Positions 19,723 through 29,465 of a DNA stretch of 54,963 nt are shown here, one piece after another (within the stretch, counting starts at the first letter, position 1; each line of letters begins with the position of its first letter). The stretch covers positions 1 through 54,963 of the forward strand of contig CALVTH010000006.1 in assembly GCA_944360115.1 (NCBI GenBank). Reading direction: 5' to 3'. The notes under the pieces were generated by a model that saw only the letters and a list, made by a program, of their open reading frames with translations, was not told the DNA's origin and did no database searches. The translations under genes were made by a program, and so were the position numbers. Source of the stretch: an uncultured Clostridia bacterium. Lineage in GTDB: Bacteria; Bacillota; Clostridia; Christensenellales; CAG-917.

Positions 19723-21917
19723 TCTTCGTCCTCCCTCTTTTCGGCGTTGTCGTCGGGTTTTTCCGCGGCGCTCTCACCGCCGCGCGCGGCAGTCTTCCTG
19801 CGCCCGCGAGGACGGGTCTCGCGCGCCTTGTCGGAGTCGCCCTTGACCTCCGTTTCCGTGTCTGCGGTCGCCGTCTCGGCGAAATCGGCTTTGACCGTCT
19901 CCGCGGCGTCGCCGTCCGCGAAAGTGACGACGAATTCTTCGCCGCCCGCCGTGAACTCGGGTATCACATCGAATCCGAACTTGCCCGTCTTTTTGGCGCG
20001 TTTGCGCGGTGCGGGAGTCGTCGCGGCGGTTGCGTCGTCGGAAGTTTCGGGTGTGGGGCGCGCATCGTCGCGCGCTTCCGTCTGCGGCGTTTCCTGCGAC
20101 GGAGAGGGAACGGCGTTTCCCGTTTCACTCGTGTTAGTCGTCTCCGCGGATTGCGCTTCGTCCTTTGCGCAAACGCCGTCCGCCGTCTCCGCGGGCGCGT
20201 CGTCGCGCGCCTGTGCGGACTCTGCGGCGTCGTTGTCGGTCGCCGACGGCTTTTTCTTTTCGGGCTCGGGGACGGCATCCTTTCTGCGACGGCGGGGAGA
20301 GGTTGCGCCCGCCGCGTCTTTCACGGCGCGGCTTCTTTTGCCGAACAGATGTTTTGCTCCGTTTTCGGGCGTCTCCGTTTCACCGTTCTCCGCCGTCTGA
20401 CCTTCGGTTGCGCCGTTGATTTCGGCACGCGCCACGGGCGGGAGCAGAGTGTCCGTCAGCCCGCCGTATGTCGACACGAACTCGCGGTACAGTTTCTTGT
20501 AATATTCCGTGGAACGGTATTTGCGCTCGTAGAATTCGCTGTTTTTCTCGTCGGCGAGCGCGGCGAATATCCTGGAGTAGCTTCTGCGGTTGAAATAGCG
20601 GAATATGTCGGAATGTTCTCCGTAGAAACACATTCTGCCACCCTTGCCGAGGAAAGCCACCTTGTCGCATTTGTCGAGGTTCTCCATGGCGTGGGTGATG
20701 ACGACAATCGTCCTGCCTTTGCGGGAGAGGTCGCGCAGAAGTTCCATCATCTCGAGGTCGAGGTCGGGCGAAAGTCCGCTGGTCGGCTCGTCGAGGAAAA
20801 TGACCTTGGGGTCGGCGAGAAGTTCCATGGCAATGGAAGCGCGCTTGCGCTGTCCGCCCGACAGCGAGGAAATCCTGACGCCTTCGCTTCCCGTCAGGCG
20901 CACATCGGCTATCGCCTCGCGCACACGGTTTTTGACCTCGTCCTTGAGCATTGAGGTGCGCATACGCAACAACGCCGTGTAATACAAGCCTTCTGCAAGC
21001 GGCAGGTCGTCGTGCATTATGTCGCGTTGCGGCACATACCCCATAAGGTCCTTGTAGCTGCGGATGTTCTCGTAATAGTTGTTGGTGTCGTAGTAGATTT
21101 CGCCTTCGGTGGCGGGACGCAGACCGTTCATGCAGTCGAGCAGGGTGGATTTCCCCGCGCCGCTGCCGCCGACGATTGCCACGAAATCGCCCGCTTCTAT
21201 CCTGAAAGAGACATTGTTGACAATGCAGATTTTGCCTTTGCCAGCCCTGTCGGAGACCTCTTTGCGCACGCCGACGCAATCCACCTGTATGCCTGCCGCC
21301 GAGGTGGAATAGAGCAGTTTCTTTTCGTAGAAAACATAAGCCGCGGAGGGTATCGAAATGCGGTCGTAGTCCTTGAGCTCGGCGCGGCGGACTTTGCGGT
21401 TGTTGACATAAGTGCCGTTTATCGAGTGCAAATCTTCGATAAAACACCGTTTTCCGTCATAAACTATGCGGAAGTGCTTCTCCGACACCATGGGATTGTC
21501 CAGCACGAGGTCGCACGACGGATTGCGTCCCACGACGGTCATCGTCTTTTTCGTCAGGTCGAGTTTGTCGCCCGTGCGACGGCGGGAAATCTTGCGCACA
21601 GGGGTTATCCGCACCACATCGCCGCTCTTCTTGTCGCCGATTTTGCGCACGGTGATTTCGTCGTCCAGACGGACGATGGGACGCTTGAACCGCTTGCCGT
21701 TCATCAGCACTTCGGACTTGCTTCCCTCGGGGGTCATATCTTCGGCGTACCACACCCCGTCGCGCCGTATGCAGCGTATCTGTTCGGGCGTGGCAAAAGC
21801 GGCTTTCAGCACAAGGTCGCAAGACCGTTTCGTGCCTATGACGAATTCGTTCTTCGTATCGCTGTCGAAGAACCCGAAAATCTCTCCGTAGGTGACTTTG
21901 AGGATGATGTTGTCCAC
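19719..21917 (-). CDS. FHA-domain ABC transporter ATPase (Rv1747-like) with long low-complexity C-terminal tail
   Basis: FHA VGRNPSCD...VSEKH...DLHSINGTYVN, plus a degenerate N-terminal FHA; GGSGAGKST, LSGGQRKR, FLDEPTSGL; GTG start after AAGGA. Confidence 0.85.
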   Translation of the reverse strand: MDNIILKVTYGEIFGFFDSDTKNEFVIGTKRSCDLVLKAAFATPEQIRCIRRDGVWYAEDMTPEGSKSEVLMNGKRFKRPIVRLDDEITVRKIGDKKSGDVVRITPVRKISRRRTGDKLDLTKKTMTVVGRNPSCDLVLDNPMVSEKHFRIVYDGKRCFIEDLHSINGTYVNNRKVRRAELKDYDRISIPSAAYVFYEKKLLYSTSAAGIQVDCVGVRKEVSDRAGKGKICIVNNVSFRIEAGDFVAIVGGSGAGKSTLLDCMNGLRPATEGEIYYDTNNYYENIRSYKDLMGYVPQRDIMHDDLPLAEGLYYTALLRMRTSMLKDEVKNRVREAIADVRLTGSEGVRISSLSGGQRKRASIAMELLADPKVIFLDEPTSGLSPDLDLEMMELLRDLSRKGRTIVVITHAMENLDKCDKVAFLGKGGRMCFYGEHSDIFRYFNRRSYSRIFAALADEKNSEFYERKYRSTEYYKKLYREFVSTYGGLTDTLLPPVARAEINGATEGQTAENGETETPENGAKHLFGKRSRAVKDAAGATSPRRRRKDAVPEPEKKKPSATDNDAAESAQARDDAPAETADGVCAKDEAQSAETTNTSETGNAVPSPSQETPQTEARDDARPTPETSDDATAATTPAPRKRAKKTGKFGFDVIPEFTAGGEEFVVTFADGDAAETVKADFAETATADTETEVKGDSDKARETRPRGRRKTAARGGESAAEKPDDNAEKREDEE

Positions 21918-22207
21918 TTGCGTTTCCTTTTTTGCCTGTTGAAACAGTATATCCCAAGTTATACCCAAAATCAAGCGCGTTTACACCTGCGTGCGCGAAG
22001 CCCGCAAAAACGGCAGGTCGCGTGACCTGCCGTTTGCTTTTACCGTTTCGGAGAAGTGGAAACTGCGCCCGCGATAATCTCCGCCCGTCCGGATGCCGTC
22101 AGACGAGCGCCGTTTGTCGCGTGCCGTCGGTACGGGTGTCGGTTGTGCGGCGCCGTTCGACGAACGCTTTTTCGTGGGGCGGGGCAGGCGCGCGGAGCCC
22201 GCCCGCG

Positions 22208-23356
22208 TCAGCCCTCGGTCGTAGGTTTGCCCGAAGCGTCGCTTTCCGAAGCTTTTTCCGTTTCCGAGTCCGTCGCGCCGCTTTCGGACGGCGGTTGCGT
22301 TTCGGATTGCGCGGCGTCGTCCGCCGAAGCGGGTTGCGTTTCCGCTCCCGCCGTGTTATCGTCCTCGTCGTCTTCGGGTATGGGGTCGTATCTGTCTTCT
22401 ATTTCGCCCATGAGTTCTTCGAGGATGTCCTCCATTGTGACGAGTCCCGTATATTTGCCGTCGTCGAGCACTATCGCCATGTGTATGCGTGCCGTCTGCA
22501 TTGCCTTGAACAGGTGCGAAATCTTTTCGGTGCGGGTGGTGAACATCGGTTCTTTGAGCAGGGCGGCAAGGTCGCTTCTCCCGTCAAGCAACATCTCGTA
22601 GAAATCGGCGCGGTAGAGTATGCCTTCCGCCTTTTCGCCCGCCGCGTCCAGCACCGGAAGTCGCGAATAGTTGGTCTCCACGAAAATGCTCTTTATGAGT
22701 CCGAAGTCGTCGCCTATGCGCGCTTCCGTCGCATCCTCGGCAAAGCGCATGACATTCTCCACCGTCATGTCGTCGTACTTTATGGTGTTGATGATGATGT
22801 CGTGTTCGGTTTCGTTCAGCACGCCCTCGTCGGTGATTTCGCCCACCATGACCTGAAATTCCTCTTCCGTGAGGGAGGGTTGCTTTTTGTCCACGCGGAA
22901 GATTTTGTTGAGCAGTTTCTTCCACAGGTCGAATATGAGGTTGAGCGGCGTGAATATCACCGTGAAAAACCACAGCGGATACGCCGAAATCATGGCGAAT
23001 TTCTCGGGGAATTCCTTGGCGACACTCTTCGGCGAGATTTCGCCGAATATCAGCACCAGCACCGTCATGACCACCGTCGACAGCGTCGTGCCGAGGTCCT
23101 GCCCGAACCACCCCGTGAACACCAGCGTCGCCAGCGAAGCCGCCGCTATGTTGACTATGTTGTTGCCTATGAGCAGGGTGGACAGCACCCTGTTGTAATT
23201 GTCGGCGAGTTTGAGAACCAGTTTTGCCGATTTTTTCTTCTCGGCGAGCACCTTCATCCTCACCGCGTTGAAACTCGTGAACGCCGTTTCGGTGGCGGAA
23301 AAGTATGCGGAAAAGACCAGCAGTACTACGAGAGCTATGACGATACCTACGACCAT
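22208..23356 (-). CDS. CNNM/CorC-HlyC family (DUF21 + CBS) membrane protein
   Basis: SAYFSATETAF, TLLIGNNIVNI, FGEISPK, YSRLPV, GLVTMEDILEELMGEI. Confidence 0.9.
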   Translation of the reverse strand: MVVGIVIALVVLLVFSAYFSATETAFTSFNAVRMKVLAEKKKSAKLVLKLADNYNRVLSTLLIGNNIVNIAAASLATLVFTGWFGQDLGTTLSTVVMTVLVLIFGEISPKSVAKEFPEKFAMISAYPLWFFTVIFTPLNLIFDLWKKLLNKIFRVDKKQPSLTEEEFQVMVGEITDEGVLNETEHDIIINTIKYDDMTVENVMRFAEDATEARIGDDFGLIKSIFVETNYSRLPVLDAAGEKAEGILYRADFYEMLLDGRSDLAALLKEPMFTTRTEKISHLFKAMQTARIHMAIVLDDGKYTGLVTMEDILEELMGEIEDRYDPIPEDDEDDNTAGAETQPASADDAAQSETQPPSESGATDSETEKASESDASGKPTTEG

Positions 23357-23485
23357 TGTTTCCTCCGTGGGAATATGTAAAAAGACTCGGCCGCTTTGCG
23401 CGGCAGGGGATAATGCACAACCGAAAAAAGAAATCTTACACCACTGTCTCCTGTCGGGGACTGAGAATACGCTTGTCCGTCCAAC

Positions 23486-23514
23486 ATTATATCGTATGCG
23501 GCTGCGGTTGTCAA
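23486..23514 (-). promoter_or_regulatory. Consensus sigmaA promoter of the CNNM gene, about 120-nt leader
   Basis: TTGACA-N17-TATAAT. Confidence 0.75.
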
Positions 23515-23604
23515 ATCGACGCCCTTCCGCGCACGGCGGCGCGTGCGCACGCATCGAAACGCGCGTGTCGCAAATACTGTTTTCGGCATATAAATGGTCA
23601 CGCG

Positions 23605-24339
23605 ATGTATGTGAATTCCGAAGATAGCAGACCTCACCCGAACGGTGCGGGCGATTCCCCCGCGCTTATTGTCGAAGGACTCGGCAAACGCTACCGAAAA
23701 GGCGGCGGTTTCGTCGTGCGCGGATTGTCGTTCATCTGCCGCGCGGGGGAAATAGTCGCGCTTGTCGGCAAAAACGGCGCGGGCAAATCGACGACCCTGC
23801 GGTGCATTGCGGGAATATTGCCTTTCGAAGAAGGCGGCGTATCCGTGTGCGGGCGCCGCGTTTGCGGCGATGCCGTTGAGACCAAAAGGCTGACGGGCTA
23901 TGTGCCCGACGACCACGCGGTTATACCGTATCTCACGGGCAGAGAGTACCTGAAGTTCCTCGCCGATGTCCGCGGCGTGTCCTCCGCGGCGCAAAGCACC
24001 GCTACGGACGACCTCGCGGCAAGACTGGGCGTGTCGCACGCGCTCGACATCCCGCTCTTTCAATGCTCGCACGGCACCGCGCAGAAGATATGTATGCTGG
24101 GCAGTCTGGTCGGCGGTCCGCGGCTGTGGTTGCTCGACGAGCCCGTCACGGGACTGGACCCCCGCTCTCAGGAGGAAACGGTCGGCATTATGCAGGACTT
24201 CGCGGCGGGCGGCGGCACGGTGCTGTTTTCGTCGCACGACACGGCAATGGTGAAGCGCGCCTGCGCCCGCGTGCTGGAAGTGCGCGGCGGCGGAGTGCAC
24301 GAGGTCGCGATTGAGGACATTGAAAGTGAAAATACCTGA
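23605..24339 (+). CDS. ABC transporter ATP-binding protein
   Basis: GKNGAGKST, degenerate signature CSHGTAQK, LLDEPVTGLD, FSSH; start uncertain. Confidence 0.82.
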   Translation: MYVNSEDSRPHPNGAGDSPALIVEGLGKRYRKGGGFVVRGLSFICRAGEIVALVGKNGAGKSTTLRCIAGILPFEEGGVSVCGRRVCGDAVETKRLTGYVPDDHAVIPYLTGREYLKFLADVRGVSSAAQSTATDDLAARLGVSHALDIPLFQCSHGTAQKICMLGSLVGGPRLWLLDEPVTGLDPRSQEETVGIMQDFAAGGGTVLFSSHDTAMVKRACARVLEVRGGGVHEVAIEDIESENT

Positions 24340-26251
24340 ACAGATAGCGGAAAACAGAGGCAAAACCGTCGAGTGTCGCATTTCCGTTTTAGGCGCGCTG
24401 TTGCGCCACGAAACGGCGCGCCGTCGCGCTCTGGGACGGGGATGCGGCGTGTGGTCGCGGCTGTTTTCCTTCGCCGTTGCCGCCGTGCTCGCGGCGGCGG
24501 CGGGATATGTGGCGTTCCGTTTTGCCGAAATCTACACGGGACTGCGAGAGAGCGGGCGCATTGTTGCAGAACAACGCCTGTCCGAACTTCTTTCCGCAGG
24601 CATTTTCCTGTCCGTCGTGCTGTCGTTGCCGACGGCGGCGGCAGGTACGGCGCGCGCCTTTTCCGACGACGGCGAAACGGCAATACTGGCCGCCTTGCCA
24701 GTCAGACCGTCGGCGATTGCTGCGGCAAAGGTGCTGTGCGCCATCCCCCGTCAACTCGCGTGTTATGCGGCGTGTCTGCTGGTGTTTTCGGTTGCGTTCG
24801 GGCTTGCGGCGGGCAAGAACGCGGGCGACATCGTTCTTTGCGCGCTGAGTGCGCTCACGCTTTTCCCCGTTGTTCCGCTTGCAGGCGTGCTCGCGGCGCC
24901 GTTGTTGTGCGGCTGGTCGGCGCTGAAAGGACGACACGCCTTTTTGTCGGCGGTGCTGACCCTCGCCGTCGTCGGCGCGCTCTTCGTCGCGTACGCCGCG
25001 GGAATGGGCAAAATGACCGAAATTCTGTCAGAAAACAATCCTCACGCCCTGTTCAACGCCGAGCGCACCGCCGCATTGTCAGGTGTGTTTGGCAATCTTT
25101 ATCCCGCGGTTTTCGCGGCACGCGCTGCCGCGGGCGACGGAGCCGCCGCGGGCATTGCGGCGGCAGTCGGCGCGACGGGCGCTTTGCTTTGCGGGCTGTT
25201 TACGGCATTCGTGCTCCCAAAGACAATGAAAACGGGTGCCGAGTGCCTTTTGTCTGAAAAAAATGCTTTGACTTTGTCGAAACCGTCGCCGCGCCGCTCG
25301 TTTCGTCGACGCGCCCGCTGCGACGAATCGTTCGCCCCGTCCGGCGGTTGCGCCGACGAAAAAGACGGTCGTTCGTTGCGCCGTGTCGCGCGCTCCGACA
25401 AGTCGGGTTGCAGGACGGAGTTTGCCGCGTTGCTGCAAAGGGAGGTCCGCGCGGCAGTCGGCACGGGAAGGGGCTTTGCGCTGTTTTCCCCGCTCGTGCT
25501 TGCGCCCCTCGTCGCCGGGGCGTTGTCGCACATTGTGCTGGGTGCAGCGACCCGTATGCTGACTTTTGACCTTTCTTTTCCCGTAGCGTTCACCGTCGGC
25601 GCGGTGGCGGCGGTATTCTTTGGGGGAGCGGCGGCTTCGGCGGTAACGGCGGACAAGGCGTTCTTCCGTGTTCTCGGAACACTTCCCGTGTGCCCGTCGC
25701 GTATTGCGGCGGCAAAAGTCCTGCTTTACGGCGGCGTGGCGTTGTTGACGGGAATACTGTCCGGGGCGGCCGCTGCCGTGATTGCGGGGATATACGGCGC
25801 GCTTGCCGTCGAAGTGGCGGTTGCGGTCGGCGCGGTCGCGTTGTCTTCCTCGCTGTTTGCGCTGACATTCGACTTGTCGCACCCCGATATGCGGCGCGTT
25901 TTCGGCGACGAAAACGGCGCGGCGGCAGTTCTCGGCTGTGCCGCGGGACTTGCGGTCTGTCTGTTGCTCGGAGGTTCGTCGTCGGCGCTTGCGGCGTTGT
26001 CGTTTTCACCCGACGGCGAGATGTGCGGTTGGCTGTCGCGCGTCGTACCATTGTGCGGAACACTTATCGTGTTGACTATTGCCGCATCGGCTTGTGCGTT
26101 TGTCGGCGCGGGAGGAGTGCGTGGCGCTTGCCTGTCGACGATTGCGCCGTCCGAGGACGGTGCGGCAAAACGCCGCACGCACCGCTTTGACACACGAAAA
26201 GTGTTTTCTGGTGAAAGGGCGCGTGAAAGTGGAGGAGTGAATGAAGGCTAG
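24311..26251 (+). CDS. Putative ABC exporter permease (two-module, many TM segments, highly diverged)
   Basis: Ala-rich hydrophobic helices; LAALPV...AAAKVL and LGTLPV...AAAKVL repeated in the two halves; overlaps the ATPase and the next gene. Confidence 0.7.
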   Translation: MRTLKVKIPEQIAENRGKTVECRISVLGALLRHETARRRALGRGCGVWSRLFSFAVAAVLAAAAGYVAFRFAEIYTGLRESGRIVAEQRLSELLSAGIFLSVVLSLPTAAAGTARAFSDDGETAILAALPVRPSAIAAAKVLCAIPRQLACYAACLLVFSVAFGLAAGKNAGDIVLCALSALTLFPVVPLAGVLAAPLLCGWSALKGRHAFLSAVLTLAVVGALFVAYAAGMGKMTEILSENNPHALFNAERTAALSGVFGNLYPAVFAARAAAGDGAAAGIAAAVGATGALLCGLFTAFVLPKTMKTGAECLLSEKNALTLSKPSPRRSFRRRARCDESFAPSGGCADEKDGRSLRRVARSDKSGCRTEFAALLQREVRAAVGTGRGFALFSPLVLAPLVAGALSHIVLGAATRMLTFDLSFPVAFTVGAVAAVFFGGAAASAVTADKAFFRVLGTLPVCPSRIAAAKVLLYGGVALLTGILSGAAAAVIAGIYGALAVEVAVAVGAVALSSSLFALTFDLSHPDMRRVFGDENGAAAVLGCAAGLAVCLLLGGSSSALAALSFSPDGEMCGWLSRVVPLCGTLIVLTIAASACAFVGAGGVRGACLSTIAPSEDGAAKRRTHRFDTRKVFSGERARESGGVNEG

Positions 26252-29200
26252 GACGGGGCTTGCGCTTGTTTTGTTGCCGCTCGTGGCGGTGATAACGCTT
26301 TTTGCTTTCGTGGACGCGACGGTGTCCTATTACCGCTTGCCCGTCACGGGCATAGAAATCGTCACGCCGTCGGTGGACGGTATGATTGCGGTTGACCTCG
26401 CCCGATACAACAACGACACATACATCGTTGCCGAAGTGCGCCCCGCCGAGGCGGCAGACAAGGGCTATTCCCTTGCGGTGGAAGGCCTTTCGGGCACTCC
26501 GTCCGAGAGTCTGACGCTCACGGAGGACGGTCTGGTCGAGCCGCACGGCACGGGAGTATTCAGGGTGACGGCGGTATCCGACGACGGCGGTTTCCGCGAC
26601 AGCGTTACCGTCGGCGTGTATTCTTCGGCGACGCTTTCCTTTTCCGTGCGCGCGGAAAGTGCCGACGGAAGGGAGCACGACATATCGGGCGGCGACGCCG
26701 TCTTGCCGACGGGCACGGTGAAATTCTTCGCCGACACATATCCCGCCGAGGTGTGTCCCGATGTCCTGTGGAGCGTCACGGCCCTCGAAGGACAGCCCGA
26801 GGGCAGTTATTCCGTAAACGCGGCAACGGGAGAGGCGCAGTTCGCTTTTTCGGGAAAATATGCCGTCAGAACGCGGGTTTCGCCTGCCGTCGAGCAGGCG
26901 GTCGAAAATGTTTTCGTCGTCGAAGTCCGTTCTTCGGACGATTTTTCACTAAACGGCGTCGCCGTCGATTGCGTCGGACGCGTTGCCGCGGGCGCAAGCC
27001 GAAGTGTGCTGTTCGTCAGTTGCGGGGAAACGCCGTCGGTGACCGATAGGAGCGCGGGAGTGGACGGCGCAGAGATTGCGAGTGCGGGCGAGGGGCGTTA
27101 TTGCGTGACGGTGCGCGCGTGTGGCGCGCTTGCGGGAGAGTATGTCGTCCTTTCGGGGGCGGGAAAGAGCGTGAGGGTGGATTTCGAGGAGAGCACGGCG
27201 GACATAACGGGGAGATATTCACAGGGCGGAGAATTGCTTTTTGCCGTGGGAGTGGGGGCGACTTTGGTTGCCGACGGAGTTTTTGCCGAGGGAGTTTTTG
27301 CCAGCGGAAAGGGGCGGGGCTTGTCCGCGGACGAAAGCCTGTCCTTCGAGACTTCGGGAGACATTTTTCTTTCCGACGGCGGCGACGGCACCTGCACCGT
27401 TTATGCCGAGAGCGCGGGGGCGGGAGTCGTCCGACTTTATGCGGGCGAGGGCGAGGACAGGCGGCTGCTGTGCGAGCGAGCAGTGCGCGCCTGCGAGGTG
27501 TGCGCCGCGCTGTCTTTCACGGCTTCGTCGGAGGATTTCGGAATCGAGGACGAGCTCGTCGTCGGCGGGTTGCGGTATGACGGAGACGGCTTTTCGGCGG
27601 GTGGCGTGACAATGGCGCTTACCGCCGTGCGCGGCGGGAGAGTGGCGACCGTCGGCGGAGAAGAGACGACGCTTTCGCTGACGGGCGCGAAAGGCGAAGT
27701 TGCCGCGACCGAGGAGGGCGCGGAAGTGCGCGCCGTCGGCGACAGCGTCGCCGTGCTGACCGCCGAGTGGAAATACGCAAAGGCGTTTTATTGTGATATT
27801 TACGCCGATTTAACCCTGCGTTTTGTCGGCAACGCCGTCAACGCCGACGACGAAGCGTCATTGCGCGCGGCAATGGAAAGCGGGCTTCCCGCGGCGCTTG
27901 CGTGCGATATTGCGCTGGGCGAAAAGTTGCTCGACGGCAACGGTCTTCCCGTGGCGGGAGCGGCGGTCAAACAGGACGCGGCGCTCGGCACTTTGCCCAC
28001 TTCCGCGGACTGGACTTATTACAGAAACAACACGGGCGAAAGACCCGATGTGCGGTATTGTCTTGACATAACCGCCGACATATACGGCAACGGTCGGTCC
28101 GTTGACGCTGACCGTATCACGGAATTCAACGCGTCGGTGTCGTCCGAGGCGCTCTTCCGCGGGCCGCTGTACTTCGCGTCATTGTCTTCCGTGGCGTCGG
28201 TGACGGCGCAGGATAACATTGTTTTCCTGGTGCGCACTGACGGTGTGCACATAAGCAATGTCTCTCTCAAAGGGTGCGCGGACGAGGCTCTCTATGCGGC
28301 GGACGGCTCGCTGGACCTGGAGGGGTTGCGTTACCGCGGCACGGTGCTGGAGATTATGGCGGACTGCACCGTCACCGCCTCGCGCATTTCGGGCGGCAGG
28401 ACGGCGGTCAGGGTTTTCGGCAGGGACGGAACAGACTCCCTGTCAGACGCAATCGACCCCGCAGCCGAAAGGATTGTCGTCACTCTGGACAGGTGCGTCG
28501 TGGCGTGCGCGAGGGAATTTCTCGTCAAGGTGGGCACCAACCGCAAGGTGCGCGGGCACTACGACGAAAACGACCCCGCGGCGATTTCGCCTTTGCTTGC
28601 CGCGGAGGGCGTAACCTTTCTTCCGCGCGACGACTCAAACGCCGACAGTGCCGTTTTCCGCGACAATTTCCTGCTCACCGACCTGACCATAAAAGATTGC
28701 GTGCTGTACGGGGCGGGGCTGTTTGCCGTGGGCGTGGAGTGCGGCTTCGCGGGAGAACTGCTGGACGGCGCGGGCAGTCTCGGGTCGCTGGTGGCGGGAG
28801 CGGGCTGGAACGGGCTGGCGGGCACCAGTTATGCCGCCGTGTTGCATATCGCGGGCGACACTCGCTTTTACGAATGGAAAGAACTCGGCGCGGTGGACAG
28901 CTCGACGCTGATAGAGACCTACGGCGGGGGCGCGCTTTGGGATTATCTCAATCTCGACATCAAGGAAATGCTCCACAAGGTGAGGGAATACGGCGGGGAA
29001 GAGTACCGCGACATAATCGCGGTGTGCGACGGCGTGGAATATGTGCACGGCGGCATAGCCTTTTACGGCGGCGGCAAAAACTATTCCGTCATCGATTTTT
29101 CGGAGTACACGGGCGCCGCGCTGACGGAATATTCGGTCAATCTGTCAGTGCTTGCCGAGGGCGAAAAAGAGGGCAGTTCGCTGTATTTGCAGGGCACTTC

Positions 29201-29324
29201 GCTGCCGCTTGCGGCGGGCGGCGAGGATTTCCGCTTTTTCGTGGCGGACGCGGCTTCGGAGTTCGGCGTGCGCCGTCAGCGCGAGTTGTTTTCCTCGGGC
29301 AAAGCCTTCGATTGCCTGTTTTAG
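26241..29324 (+). CDS. Large secreted/membrane-anchored protein with an Ig-like (Big_2-like) domain; function unknown
   Basis: 1027 aa; N-terminal hydrophobic segment; VRPAEAADKGY...GTGVFRVTAVSDDGGFRDSVTV is Ig-like; GGAGGAG RBS. Confidence 0.7.
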   Translation: MKARTGLALVLLPLVAVITLFAFVDATVSYYRLPVTGIEIVTPSVDGMIAVDLARYNNDTYIVAEVRPAEAADKGYSLAVEGLSGTPSESLTLTEDGLVEPHGTGVFRVTAVSDDGGFRDSVTVGVYSSATLSFSVRAESADGREHDISGGDAVLPTGTVKFFADTYPAEVCPDVLWSVTALEGQPEGSYSVNAATGEAQFAFSGKYAVRTRVSPAVEQAVENVFVVEVRSSDDFSLNGVAVDCVGRVAAGASRSVLFVSCGETPSVTDRSAGVDGAEIASAGEGRYCVTVRACGALAGEYVVLSGAGKSVRVDFEESTADITGRYSQGGELLFAVGVGATLVADGVFAEGVFASGKGRGLSADESLSFETSGDIFLSDGGDGTCTVYAESAGAGVVRLYAGEGEDRRLLCERAVRACEVCAALSFTASSEDFGIEDELVVGGLRYDGDGFSAGGVTMALTAVRGGRVATVGGEETTLSLTGAKGEVAATEEGAEVRAVGDSVAVLTAEWKYAKAFYCDIYADLTLRFVGNAVNADDEASLRAAMESGLPAALACDIALGEKLLDGNGLPVAGAAVKQDAALGTLPTSADWTYYRNNTGERPDVRYCLDITADIYGNGRSVDADRITEFNASVSSEALFRGPLYFASLSSVASVTAQDNIVFLVRTDGVHISNVSLKGCADEALYAADGSLDLEGLRYRGTVLEIMADCTVTASRISGGRTAVRVFGRDGTDSLSDAIDPAAERIVVTLDRCVVACAREFLVKVGTNRKVRGHYDENDPAAISPLLAAEGVTFLPRDDSNADSAVFRDNFLLTDLTIKDCVLYGAGLFAVGVECGFAGELLDGAGSLGSLVAGAGWNGLAGTSYAAVLHIAGDTRFYEWKELGAVDSSTLIETYGGGALWDYLNLDIKEMLHKVREYGGEEYRDIIAVCDGVEYVHGGIAFYGGGKNYSVIDFSEYTGAALTEYSVNLSVLAEGEKEGSSLYLQGTSLPLAAGGEDFRFFVADAASEFGVRRQRELFSSGKAFDCLF

Positions 29325-29465
29325 TCGGTTATCCGCACCGCCGTATCTTATGCGACACAAACAATTTTGTGTTGATTATCGGCTCTCCTTAGTGTAAAAT
29401 TAAGGTATATTTTACATATCGTCACGCGCTGGAAGGGTCGCGCGAGGCGAAAGGGAGGGAACTGG

